Shown piece after piece: positions 46,721 to 56,152 of a stretch of 64,000 bases of DNA (positions within the stretch are counted from its first letter, which is position 1; every line of letters begins with the position of its first letter). The notes beneath the pieces are model-generated. The model ran no database searches. It worked only from the letters and a program-made list of their open reading frames with translations, and had not been told where the DNA came from. This DNA is from Candidatus Poseidoniaceae archaeon (GTDB lineage: Archaea; Thermoplasmatota; Poseidoniia; Poseidoniales; Poseidoniaceae), in contig JAOMOG010000004.1 of assembly GCA_028353405.1 (NCBI GenBank), forward strand, positions 8,722 through 72,721. The letters run 5' to 3'. Made by a program: the position numbers and the translations under genes.

Positions 46721-48396
46721 TCATGTCTGAAGGAGGTAAATCAGACCAATTTAGTGGCCGTATGGGTCTAATCTTTGCTAGTATTGGTGCAGCGATTGGA
46801 ACCGGTAATATCTGGCGTTTCCCGCGAATGGTTGGTGCAAATGGTGGTGGAACTTTCCTCATACCTTGGTTAATATTTTTATTCATGTGGTCAATTCCCT
46901 TGGTAATCGCCGAATATGCAATGGGCAAGCGCAGTCGGACTGGTACTATCGGAACCTTCCGTATATTCGCCGGTAAGAAATTTGCCTGGATGGGTCTTTG
47001 GACAGCATGGATTTCGAGCGCAATTGGATTTTATTATGCAGTTGTTTCGGGATGGACTATCAAATATTTCCAACTTGGAGTTACCGGCGCCCTCAATGGA
47101 GAAGGTGTTGATACAACCGAAGTTTGGAACGCATTCCTACAATCATCTGGTCAAGTAATATTTTTCCAATTCCTTGTAATTGTTTTAACATTAGCAGCAA
47201 TTCTCAAAGGTGCTAAAGCGATTGAAAAAGTCAATATCTATCTGATGGTTTCCTTGTTTGCACTATTGTTCCTAACTCTATTCCTATCTCTTTGGATGGA
47301 TCTTTCTGATGGAAGCCTAGATGGTGCTATGTTCATGTTTACCGTTGATTGGAATATGTTATCTGAGCCCGAGGTTTGGATAAATGGTTTATCTCAATCA
47401 GCATGGTCTTGTTCAGCTGGAATGGGTATGTGTATTACATATGCAGTCTACATGAGTAAAGACGAAGATACTGTACTCAATGCTTTCACAATGGGACTTG
47501 CAAATAACAGCATTTCAATTATCGCAGGATTAGCAGTATTATCTGCAATATTTGCAGTTAGCGATGACCCACTTGCAACCGTTACTGGAGGTTCATCAGC
47601 GATAACCTTCCTAGCATTACCAGAAGTTTTTGCTCAAGCACCAGGTGGAAATATAGGGCCGTTATTCATGATGGCAGGTTTCTTCCTAGCGCTTTCTTTC
47701 GCAGCAATGACTTCAATGATATCTACAGTCGAATTATGTGTGAGAAATTTCGTTGACCATGGATATGACAGAAAAACGTCGGTATTCATTACAGGCATTG
47801 CAATCTTTATCTTTGGAACTCCATCTGCAGTTATGTGGATTGAATTAGATTCTGCGGGAGTCGCATTCCCTGAATTCTTAGAAGTTCAAGATCACATTTG
47901 GGGATATGGTTTGATGTTCTCTGGATTATTTATCGCTTTCACCATTTGGCAATATGGTTACAAAAAGTGGCAAGCTGATGTAGAGTCTGGTTTAGCAGAT
48001 TCTGGTTTCAGAGGCTATCTAACAACCGGTGTACCAGCCTTTAGAAATGATTTCATCAATACTGGAGATAACGATTTGTATGTTAACAGAGTTTGGGATA
48101 TTCTAATGTATATTGCATTCCCACTATTATTCATCGTACTAATGGGTTCTTATTTCGCAGACATGATCGCAAGTACAGATGATGTTTGGAATCCATCTAA
48201 TCCACATGGTCTCGGAATCATTTTGATGTTCTGGGGTGTAGTTGGTGGTTTATTCATTGGTTTCAATAAATTATTAGTTAGCAGACCATTGTATAGAAAT
48301 GTTCCAGAAGGTGCAGTATGTGATATCTCAATGCTACCTGGTGGCGATGATCCAAGGGTAGTATTGGTTGGAGAAACAGTTCCGACCCTGGATTAG
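46717..48396 (+). CDS. Neurotransmitter:sodium symporter (NSS/SNF) family transporter
   Basis: 559 aa. GAAIGTGNIWRFPRMVGANGGGTFLIPW, about 12 TM. ATGA overlap with the carboxypeptidase stop. Confidence 0.9.
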   Translation: MIMSEGGKSDQFSGRMGLIFASIGAAIGTGNIWRFPRMVGANGGGTFLIPWLIFLFMWSIPLVIAEYAMGKRSRTGTIGTFRIFAGKKFAWMGLWTAWISSAIGFYYAVVSGWTIKYFQLGVTGALNGEGVDTTEVWNAFLQSSGQVIFFQFLVIVLTLAAILKGAKAIEKVNIYLMVSLFALLFLTLFLSLWMDLSDGSLDGAMFMFTVDWNMLSEPEVWINGLSQSAWSCSAGMGMCITYAVYMSKDEDTVLNAFTMGLANNSISIIAGLAVLSAIFAVSDDPLATVTGGSSAITFLALPEVFAQAPGGNIGPLFMMAGFFLALSFAAMTSMISTVELCVRNFVDHGYDRKTSVFITGIAIFIFGTPSAVMWIELDSAGVAFPEFLEVQDHIWGYGLMFSGLFIAFTIWQYGYKKWQADVESGLADSGFRGYLTTGVPAFRNDFINTGDNDLYVNRVWDILMYIAFPLLFIVLMGSYFADMIASTDDVWNPSNPHGLGIILMFWGVVGGLFIGFNKLLVSRPLYRNVPEGAVCDISMLPGGDDPRVVLVGETVPTLD

Positions 48397-48413
48397 TTGG
48401 TATGGGGGGCTAG

Positions 48414-49130
48414 ATGATGGAAGATTTGGTAAGAACACTTCTTACCGGACTAATCGTTTCCATCGTTTTTATTGCAATCTCATATTTCTTTTGGAAAAGA
48501 TTTGACAAGCCAACAGAGAAGATGATCGAAAATCAACAGTCTAAGGCAAAGTTGAGACATGAGCGTAAGATGTGGCGCGCTGTAGAAGATCAAATGATAC
48601 GTGAACAGGCAACTGCTGAAGAAGAAGCAATCTATCAAAGGCGCAAAGCGGATGAAAGAGAAAGGGCAAAGCCTCCAGAGCAAGGAGTCGTGAGCAATGC
48701 ATGGGCTTCATTGGGCATGGAGAATATTGAAACTACAGAATCTAACACTACTTCATTCGATGAGAAAAAAACCCTTGAAGATATAGAGGAGGAAGATGAT
48801 TCCGATGTGTTACTAATACAGGATCCAGTAGAGGTTCGCCAAGATGGTGAGACTGTCGAAGAAGAAGTTGTAGAGGCACCAAACGCCCCTCCTGATTGGC
48901 AATTAGTTGAGAAACTAAGTCAATTATCACAATCTGAAATATTGGAAGTAACACCGCACCCAGAAATACCACAAGCACCAGAATTATCGCCAATTTCCTT
49001 AGAAGTTGAAGAAGAACTTCCAACAATCGACATTCCACCTGAACATCAACAAATGTCTGAAGAACCGGAGATTTGGAATCCTAAAAAAGAACTAGTTGCA
49101 GACAGCCAATGGGCTGTATATTGGCAATAG
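48414..49130 (+). CDS. Hypothetical single-pass membrane protein with a long acidic low-complexity tail
   Basis: 238 aa. N-terminal TM (LLTGLIVSIVFIAISYFFW), then E/K-rich and E/P-rich segments. Confidence 0.45.
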   Translation: MMEDLVRTLLTGLIVSIVFIAISYFFWKRFDKPTEKMIENQQSKAKLRHERKMWRAVEDQMIREQATAEEEAIYQRRKADERERAKPPEQGVVSNAWASLGMENIETTESNTTSFDEKKTLEDIEEEDDSDVLLIQDPVEVRQDGETVEEEVVEAPNAPPDWQLVEKLSQLSQSEILEVTPHPEIPQAPELSPISLEVEEELPTIDIPPEHQQMSEEPEIWNPKKELVADSQWAVYWQ

Positions 49131-49275
49131 AATCGTTTTCAGTACACTGCCTAGCGTCCCTACAGACTCACTGAATCTCCTTTGTATCGGAAAATAAAAT
49201 GCAAAGGGTATTCAGATAACCCTTGCAACTTATTCGAATCGGTTTGTTGATACATCGTCTTCATCTCGGTCAATC

Positions 49276-49497
49276 ATGGAGAACAGGAAATTAGTGATTA
49301 TCATTATTTCAGCAATCACAGTGATTGTTGGACTGATATCCATGTTCTATTTTTCGAACGAACTCGATAAAATAGGAACTTACGAATCGATAAATCTACT
49401 CTATATGTTGGCATCTCAAGCAGTATGTGGAATTGGATTGATCGGATTGATAGTAGGTTTGGGATTGAAAAATTCAAGTCCAGAGGGATCATTTTGA
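49276..49497 (+). CDS. Small hypothetical membrane protein (2 TM)
   Basis: 73-aa ORF: LVIIIISAITVIVGLISMFYF ... AVCGIGLIGLIVGLGL. Confidence 0.4.
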   Translation: MENRKLVIIIISAITVIVGLISMFYFSNELDKIGTYESINLLYMLASQAVCGIGLIGLIVGLGLKNSSPEGSF

Positions 49498-49712
49498 GGA
49501 GCAGATACTTCATCCCGCTTGTGTTGATTTTGCTTCCACCGATGGGCCTGATTATAGGGGCGATCCTTGCCCAGCCATTATCAGAATGGTTTCCGCAAAG
49601 TGGGATTACTGATAATTATGAAATCGCAGGGGTATTTGGTGGCCAAATCGGTATTCTTTGTGCAATTCTAATTGTGGCGATACGGCTTGGTTATGATCTG
49701 AAGAAAGAGTGA
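49494..49712 (+). CDS. Small hypothetical membrane protein (2 TM), possible TTG start overlapping the upstream stop
   Basis: Same frame as track ORF 49425-49712. The TTG at 49494 overlaps the TGA at 49495-49497 (TTGA). FIPLVLILLPPMGLIIGAILA ... IGILCAILIVAI. Confidence 0.3.
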   Translation: MRSRYFIPLVLILLPPMGLIIGAILAQPLSEWFPQSGITDNYEIAGVFGGQIGILCAILIVAIRLGYDLKKE

Positions 49713-49836
49713 CTTTCAAGCAATCCATTCGTACACAAGGGTAGGCAGTGTACTAGGGGGCTGAACACCCATTGTAATCTTCCATAATGTCTTGAGGGGT
49801 TTGTAAGAACCCTTGCGACTTCATGGAAATGATATG

Positions 49837-50148
49837 TCAGTTATCTGAATCTGCCTCTGTTTGTTTCTCTTTGTTTCTCTCTTCTTCAACAGCATCAGCA
49901 ACCTTGCCAGCCGTACTAAGTGCCTTCTTTTTCAAACGCTCGAAGTTAAGATATATCATTCCACCAACTGTCAAGAAAACGCCTCCAATTATTGTAAAAA
50001 TACCTCCAATGTAGAGCCAAACTCTAGGTTCGTCGTCATCAAAGGTTGCGAATCCAGTTTGAATCATCATAATCCCTGTAATGAGTACAAGTATTCCAAA
50101 TATTATCAATGAGAATGAGATGATTTTCTTCTTCGTTGTCTTTGTCAT
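49837..50148 (-). CDS. Small hypothetical membrane protein (2 TM)
   Basis: 103 aa. IISFSLIIFGILVLITGIMMI ... LYIGGIFTIIGGVFLTVGGMIYL, with a charged C-terminus. Confidence 0.45.
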   Translation of the reverse strand: MTKTTKKKIISFSLIIFGILVLITGIMMIQTGFATFDDDEPRVWLYIGGIFTIIGGVFLTVGGMIYLNFERLKKKALSTAGKVADAVEEERNKEKQTEADSDN

Positions 50149-50238
50149 AATACGTCTCTCTCTATTCTTCCCAATAGTGCTTACATCAAATACTAATGCC
50201 TAAAATCACCCCACGCGATACCCTTTGTACCGACATTA

Positions 50239-50260
50239 CACGCGTCGGTACCGACGCGTG
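50239..50260. promoter_or_regulatory. Perfect 22-bp GC-rich palindrome CACGCGTCGGTACCGACGCGTG in the divergent intergenic region upstream of hisS
   Basis: Verified by hand as its own reverse complement. An extra GTACCGAC half-site copy lies at 50227-50234. Confidence 0.3.
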
Positions 50261-50400
50261 AAGCGTATGTCACAAGGATATACAGTGGGCCGATACAGAC
50301 GCTTTCCAATTGTGACGTGTTGTAAGTGGTTATCAAAACCCCCTCTTTAGCGCTATTTGAAAGCGAAGAGGTGATGAACGGTTAGTGGCTGGATTGCAAT

Positions 50401-51738
50401 ATGGTGCAAAAGCCTCGAGGTACCCGCGACTTCACTCCCGCAGTGATGAAGAGTCGTATGGCTTTGGAGCAATTACTAGAGGAAAGAGCAAGACGCCATG
50501 GATTCAATAGAGTTCAAACACCTATTTTTGAATCACTTGAATTGTTTACTGCAAAGTCTGGTGAGGGAGTTATTTCACAACTTTATGCCTTTGAGGATAA
50601 AGGCGGACGTCCATTGACGCTTAGACCAGAATTAACCGCACCAGTGATGAGAATGGTCGCGGAAGAAATGCGAATGGATACCAAACCACTTCGTTTGTCA
50701 TATTTCGGACAATGCTATCGCTATGAAGAATTCAAAAAAGGTCGCTACCGAGAATTCTTCCAATATGGAGTCGAATTAGTGGGGGCTTCAGGCCCACTTG
50801 CAGAAGCAGAAGTGATCGCTTTAGCAATCGACATGTTAGATTCTTGCGGATTGAAGAATTGGCAAATACGAATAGGTCATGTTGGGATTTTGAAGGATGC
50901 ACTAACCGGTTTAGGTTTGTCAGACCAAATTGAACAAGGAGCTAACGAGGCAGCGGTTGCAAGCGCTATGAGATTCCTTGACAAAGGTGATGACGACGGA
51001 CTTGCTAAATTGTTTTCAAGCAATGGGATAGACCCATCATTTAGCGAACCACTGCGCCAATTATCACAATTACAAGGTGGTGCTGAAACACTTGAACCTG
51101 CAAGAGAAATATTATCTGCACTAGATGGAGTCTCTTTGGAATCTCTTGATGAATTGAAAATTACCTTAGATGCAGTTTCTTCTTTAGCAGCAACTCCTCC
51201 AAGTTTAGCTGTTGATTTGACAGTTGCCCGCGGATTGGATTATTACACCGGAATGGTCTTTGAAGTTCAGGTTGAAGAGTTAGGTGGTGAAGGTCAAGTC
51301 TTGGGTGGTGGCAGTTACAATCTAATGCATCTCTTTGGATTAGCAGATCTAGACCCATGTTGTGGCTTCGGACTTGGATTTGATAGAGTAATGCTGGCAC
51401 TTGAAGCACAAGCCGAAGCAGAAGGCAGAGAAGAGGTTGTTCCAGGCCAACAAGATGGTAGAGGATTAATTGCAGTCATTCCATTCAATATCGATACACA
51501 AGCAGTTCTTCAAGTGGTTAGACAACTTCGTGATGCTGGGCAACTGGTAGAGTTAGAATTACGTGGAAGGAAAATCGGTAAAGCATTTACTTGGGCTGAT
51601 AAAATCGGAGCAACATATACATTGATAGTTGGTCCAAGAGATCTAGAATCTGGAACTGGTATGCTAAAGAATCTAAAAACTGGAATTGAACAAGCAGTTG
51701 AATTAGATGCTTCTTCGATTTTGAACATTCTTAATTGA
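50401..51738 (+). CDS. hisS: Histidine--tRNA ligase
   Basis: 445 aa. Motifs: KPRGTRDF, LRPELTAPVMR, YFGQCYRYE, GGGSYN, GFGLGFDR. C-terminal anticodon-binding domain. Confidence 0.9.
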   Translation: MVQKPRGTRDFTPAVMKSRMALEQLLEERARRHGFNRVQTPIFESLELFTAKSGEGVISQLYAFEDKGGRPLTLRPELTAPVMRMVAEEMRMDTKPLRLSYFGQCYRYEEFKKGRYREFFQYGVELVGASGPLAEAEVIALAIDMLDSCGLKNWQIRIGHVGILKDALTGLGLSDQIEQGANEAAVASAMRFLDKGDDDGLAKLFSSNGIDPSFSEPLRQLSQLQGGAETLEPAREILSALDGVSLESLDELKITLDAVSSLAATPPSLAVDLTVARGLDYYTGMVFEVQVEELGGEGQVLGGGSYNLMHLFGLADLDPCCGFGLGFDRVMLALEAQAEAEGREEVVPGQQDGRGLIAVIPFNIDTQAVLQVVRQLRDAGQLVELELRGRKIGKAFTWADKIGATYTLIVGPRDLESGTGMLKNLKTGIEQAVELDASSILNILN

Positions 51739-51752
51739 AACTTAATCAGTGT

Positions 51753-52517
51753 TTAAATTTCCATTTGTTCTTTACATTTTGGACAAGTTGCTATACCAGA
51801 ATATGTAGAAGGGATTCTCAAAGATTGGCTGCATGAAGGGCACTCATAGGTGGTTTTTGGCACACTTTGGGTTGAATTATTTGTTGAACGTTGAGGAGAA
51901 AAGATGTCTTCAAGACCTTCAGGGAATCCAGGTTTCATCGAATTCATATTTACTAAAAGTGGTATTCCAACTATTATCAAACATGTGGCTGAACACATGA
52001 GTGAGAACACTTTTGAAATTTCCTCATCGAAAAAGTCAACGCTTAGAGGATTGCCAATACCGAAAATTGAGGTGGCAACTAAACTTAGAAAACCAGAAAC
52101 TAACAAGACGGCCAAAGTAATCACTAAGCCATTTCTGTAATTCATAGCCGTCAATATTCCTCCGGCCATAAATGCCAAACCAATTGCGATTGCTATCAAT
52201 GAGGCAATCACATGAACCCCTAGCATAATCTCCATTACACCTATTCCGATTCTAAAAACTGAATATATCAGAATACCGATGCCTAAAAACATCATACTGC
52301 TATCGCTCTCTTTGACACCTGAAAGAGGAATTGTATGAGTATTCTGAGTACTGATATTGCCTATCATTTGGGTATGAAGTGTTTTTGCTTCATCATTTTC
52401 CATCAACCTAATGATCACATCATCCTTTTTTCCTGAAACCATCAAGCCTCTTTCTTTACAAAGAACCTTTAATTCCAAAAGGGTCATACCAGTATATTCC
52501 ATATATTTGCCTAACAT
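51753..52517 (-). CDS. Hypothetical membrane protein: N-terminal SAP-like motif, 4 TM, C-terminal zinc ribbon
   Basis: 254 aa. MTLLELKVLCKERGLMVSGKKDDVIIRLMEN, a hydrophobic core, and a C-terminal YECPSCSQSLRIPSTYSGIATCPKCKEQMEI. Confidence 0.55.
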   Translation of the reverse strand: MLGKYMEYTGMTLLELKVLCKERGLMVSGKKDDVIIRLMENDEAKTLHTQMIGNISTQNTHTIPLSGVKESDSSMMFLGIGILIYSVFRIGIGVMEIMLGVHVIASLIAIAIGLAFMAGGILTAMNYRNGLVITLAVLLVSGFLSLVATSIFGIGNPLSVDFFDEEISKVFSLMCSATCLIIVGIPLLVNMNSMKPGFPEGLEDIFSPQRSTNNSTQSVPKTTYECPSCSQSLRIPSTYSGIATCPKCKEQMEI

Positions 52518-52561
52518 TGTTAGGTAATAAAGTTCTATCCGGCAGAGAATCGTAATGAAGA

Positions 52562-53371
52562 TTATTCATCATCTTCAGGCTTCTTGGTATTGATGAATAC
52601 AGCCATTGCAATAGCCGCTGAAGCAATTACTAAGGTAAATCCAGGAGTATCTTCAGGCGGTGCTTCTTCAATACCCGCTTGGAAATCCTCGCTCCAAGTA
52701 GAATCGTCTATTGGGAACTCTACCTGTCCATTAGCACCTAATTGCATACCGAATGCTGCAGGTTCTCCAGTGACAGTTCCAGGAAGGAACCCATTTTGTC
52801 GATTGCCTTTAACCTTCATAGTAACTTCAACTATCGGATTGTCACTGGTCGAATCCCAAACTGCCTCTTCTTCAGTAACTGTATATGAGAACACAATATT
52901 CTTCCAATTTCCAGCAATCCAAGGTTGTTCAGTGTGTTGATGAATCGCTGCTGCGCCTTTGAAAACAGTAATATTCAACCAATCACAGTCACTATTACAA
53001 GCCCCGTCGCCACCATTTTCGTTATCTCCTTCATAATATATATTGAAATTACCACGGATTTCTCCACCGATAGTCATATTCAATCGCTTCTCAAGAGTAG
53101 GCTTCATCATGAATCTATATTTGATATCAATAACTCCGTTATCCTTATCTTCCCTAGTTTCATTTTCTTCGGCAGAACCTTCATCACTTGAATTAAAATG
53201 GCTCCATTCATTATTTAATCCATCATGGAATACGAATAGGGATGCATTTCCTTTACTCGGTTGTCGAGTATCTTCTTCAGGTTCACTTTGTGATGCAGAA
53301 ACATCACCTGCTTGAACGGGAGTTAGTAGCATGGCTACTAGTACAATCGCTACGATGGTCTTACCTCGCAT
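52562..53371 (-). CDS. Hypothetical secreted protein with a PGF-CTERM-like anchor
   Basis: 269 aa. Signal peptide MRGKTIVAIVLVAMLLTPVQAG, an acidic beta-rich body, and a C-terminal EDTPGFTLVIASAAIAMAVFINTKK. Confidence 0.55.
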   Translation of the reverse strand: MRGKTIVAIVLVAMLLTPVQAGDVSASQSEPEEDTRQPSKGNASLFVFHDGLNNEWSHFNSSDEGSAEENETREDKDNGVIDIKYRFMMKPTLEKRLNMTIGGEIRGNFNIYYEGDNENGGDGACNSDCDWLNITVFKGAAAIHQHTEQPWIAGNWKNIVFSYTVTEEEAVWDSTSDNPIVEVTMKVKGNRQNGFLPGTVTGEPAAFGMQLGANGQVEFPIDDSTWSEDFQAGIEEAPPEDTPGFTLVIASAAIAMAVFINTKKPEDDE

Positions 53372-53451
53372 GTGTTAAGGGTGTATGCCGTCTCATTTTA
53401 CGCTTACTAATGATAGCAGCATTAAACAGCCAACTAGGCAATTTAATAATT

Positions 53452-54621
53452 TCAGTCAAATCGTTGGAAACCGGTGTCTCCTCGAGTTGCATCATTTAGA
53501 TTGCGGGTTAAACGAAGAGCATCACCAAGAGCATCCGGTTGCATTCTTGCAGTTTTCAAATCAGTACCGCCAACACCAGTGATTATTGCCATCACTTTGA
53601 TGGTATCACCAAAGCCAGCATCTTGACGTGCGCCCCAAATTACATTGGCATCTTCACTGACCTTTGCAGTTAACAGATCAACAACTCTACTAGCAGATTC
53701 AAGAGTCATATATTGACCACCTGTGACATGTATCAATACACCGGTTGCACCGGAAATATCAACATCTAATAATGGATGATTTAGGGCTTCATGAACAACT
53801 TCTTCAGGGCCTCTATCCGATTCACCATATAGCATCATGGTGACACCACCATTTGCCATAATAGCTCTTACATCAGCGAAATCCAAATTGATTAGTGAAG
53901 GCATGGTAATTGTCTCAACAATTCCCTTTACGATTTCAGCGACCAATTGGTCCATAATAGAAAATGCTTCATCCAAAGGCAAGTTAGGAACATAGTGTAA
54001 TAATCGGTTATTATCCAACACCAATACAGCATCAGCAATTCTTCGTAGTGATTCTAATCCTTCGAGAGCACGAGCCATTCTTTGTCGGCGCTCAACATGG
54101 AATGGAGTCGTAACAAGTCCAACAACCAAAGCACCAGCAGCCTTTGCTTCTTCAGCAACGATAGGACAAATTCCGGTACCAGAACCTCCACCCAATCCGC
54201 TTGCGATGAAAACTAAATCAGCACCGGTTACGATTCTCTTGATCATCTCTCTTCCTGCTTCGGCACAACGTCGACCGGTCGCAGGGTCACCGCCAGCACC
54301 TAATCCGCGAGTGATATGACGGCCAACAAGCAACTTTTGTAATGCTCTTGTATGGTCTAAATGTTGTTTATCGGTATTGATTGCAACTGTTACAGCGCCT
54401 TCAACACCTAAGTGAGTAATTCGGTTTAGAGTGTTATTACCAGACCCTCCGCAACCGACTATCAATATTCGTGGATTTGGAACACCATATGAGCCCAAGT
54501 CTTCATCCATAATCGCAGTTGCACCACCGGTAATCGTTTCTTCACGAAGACCTTCAATCATATCTGCTAATGCTTTATCTTGTCCAGTTTCACCAGACTT
54601 GGAAGATGCGTTCGTTCCCAT
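53452..54621 (-). CDS. ftsZ: Cell division GTPase FtsZ
   Basis: 389 aa. Motifs: ILIVGCGGSGNN, NTDKQHL, ASGLGGGSGTG, SLINLDFADV. Confidence 0.9.
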   Translation of the reverse strand: MGTNASSKSGETGQDKALADMIEGLREETITGGATAIMDEDLGSYGVPNPRILIVGCGGSGNNTLNRITHLGVEGAVTVAINTDKQHLDHTRALQKLLVGRHITRGLGAGGDPATGRRCAEAGREMIKRIVTGADLVFIASGLGGGSGTGICPIVAEEAKAAGALVVGLVTTPFHVERRQRMARALEGLESLRRIADAVLVLDNNRLLHYVPNLPLDEAFSIMDQLVAEIVKGIVETITMPSLINLDFADVRAIMANGGVTMMLYGESDRGPEEVVHEALNHPLLDVDISGATGVLIHVTGGQYMTLESASRVVDLLTAKVSEDANVIWGARQDAGFGDTIKVMAIITGVGGTDLKTARMQPDALGDALRLTRNLNDATRGDTGFQRFD

Positions 54622-54843
54622 CCATTCACTTCCTATATCTCAAGGCTTCACTAACCATACTTAACCGCGTGGTATAACTACATCTCAAAGAGAGCGATTT
54701 TAACAGTAAATTTCCCCCTTCACAGAGGGTGAAATCATCTAATAATGCCGGCATCGGTTTAGACAAATACTTCTTCCTTTGTCAATCCTTGTATGTTCCT
54801 AGGTCAGGGTCAACTAAATCATGTATTGAGTATAGCCGATACT

Positions 54844-56109
54844 ATGCGAAACAGGATGGCTATGTTCATTTTGTTGACTCTTATGTTTTCTTTCCTACAA
54901 GGAAGCATCATTAATGTGTCCAATTTTGAGGCTGAAGCTCCTGAAGTAACCGATTGGCCTGAAGGTAGTAGTGCATATGATAACCTGGTGACAATGACAC
55001 AGTTTGGCTACCGTAAAATAGACACAACTGCAAATGAAAACTCTCGTAATTGGATTGCCGCTCAGTTGGAATCTTATGGCTATCAAGTTGAACGTCAATC
55101 ATTTACTACCGACGAGTGTGCAAACTGTCAAAATATCGTCGTAACAATCAATGGAACATTAGACGATGAGTGGATTGTAGTCGGGGCTCATCACGATGCG
55201 ATTTGTTATTCCCCGCCTCCACTAATCGGATTTACTTATCCAACTTGTACTTCATCAGGAGCTTATGATGACGCGACTGGTTCTGGAGCATTATTGGAAT
55301 TAGCCCGCACCTTTTCCCAATGGGATATTACTCCTCAACACACTTGGAAATTAGCGTGGTGGGATTATGAAGAGTGGCAAGGCAGTGCCTCGTCTGAAGG
55401 GGGCGGAAAGGGCAGTTTACATTTCGTTGAGGAACAAATTCCTGAAAATATAACTGTCACTTATCTTAACTTAGACATGTTTGCATTAAATTGGCCGGTT
55501 GAAATGCCAACAGCGCTGCAACTGACTGGATGTGATGAGGATTATTGGACACTATACATGTTCACTTCACCGGTTGATGATTGGTCTTATTATGAGGAAC
55601 GTGGCTTAGAGGTAACTGAACAAATGGAGGCCAATGCTGTTGTTTTACAAAGTCAATTAAAAGAAATAAATCACAATCTAAGTCATCCGACCGAATGGGT
55701 TAGCGTAGTCGATGATACCAAAGGTAATTCGGATCATTATAACTTCATCATGAACGGTTATGCTGCTACTTGGTTGAGAGGACAGCATCAATATATTATT
55801 GAGGAAGGAGATAGTTGTGAACAAACTCCTAAACATGCACAAACTGATTCGGTTACCACCCTCAATACAATGGCAGGAGGGCGGACTAATGTTGAATCAG
55901 GATTACAAACAGGAATGGATGTCATCGCAACGATGGCTTTGTGGGATCGTAATAGTACAGCAGATAGTTCAGATGAAGTTGTAGTTACTCAAGGCCAACA
56001 AGGAGTTAATTCAGCAATTGCAATTATTGCAATGCTGATAGCAACCACCATTTTTTGTATGGTAATCTACCGTCGAGAAAAAGATACTTTCTCCGAAAAC
56101 GAAACTTGA
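54844..56109 (+). CDS. Membrane-anchored M28-family aminopeptidase
   Basis: VVGAHHDA and GAYDDATGSGALLELAR zinc-ligand motifs. N-terminal signal/anchor (MRNRMAMFILLTLMFSFL) and a C-terminal TM. The track start is 54793. Confidence 0.75.
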   Translation: MRNRMAMFILLTLMFSFLQGSIINVSNFEAEAPEVTDWPEGSSAYDNLVTMTQFGYRKIDTTANENSRNWIAAQLESYGYQVERQSFTTDECANCQNIVVTINGTLDDEWIVVGAHHDAICYSPPPLIGFTYPTCTSSGAYDDATGSGALLELARTFSQWDITPQHTWKLAWWDYEEWQGSASSEGGGKGSLHFVEEQIPENITVTYLNLDMFALNWPVEMPTALQLTGCDEDYWTLYMFTSPVDDWSYYEERGLEVTEQMEANAVVLQSQLKEINHNLSHPTEWVSVVDDTKGNSDHYNFIMNGYAATWLRGQHQYIIEEGDSCEQTPKHAQTDSVTTLNTMAGGRTNVESGLQTGMDVIATMALWDRNSTADSSDEVVVTQGQQGVNSAIAIIAMLIATTIFCMVIYRREKDTFSENET

Positions 56110-56152
56110 CTCCATGCCTAATGCTCATTAACAAGCCTCTCTTAGAAGAGAT

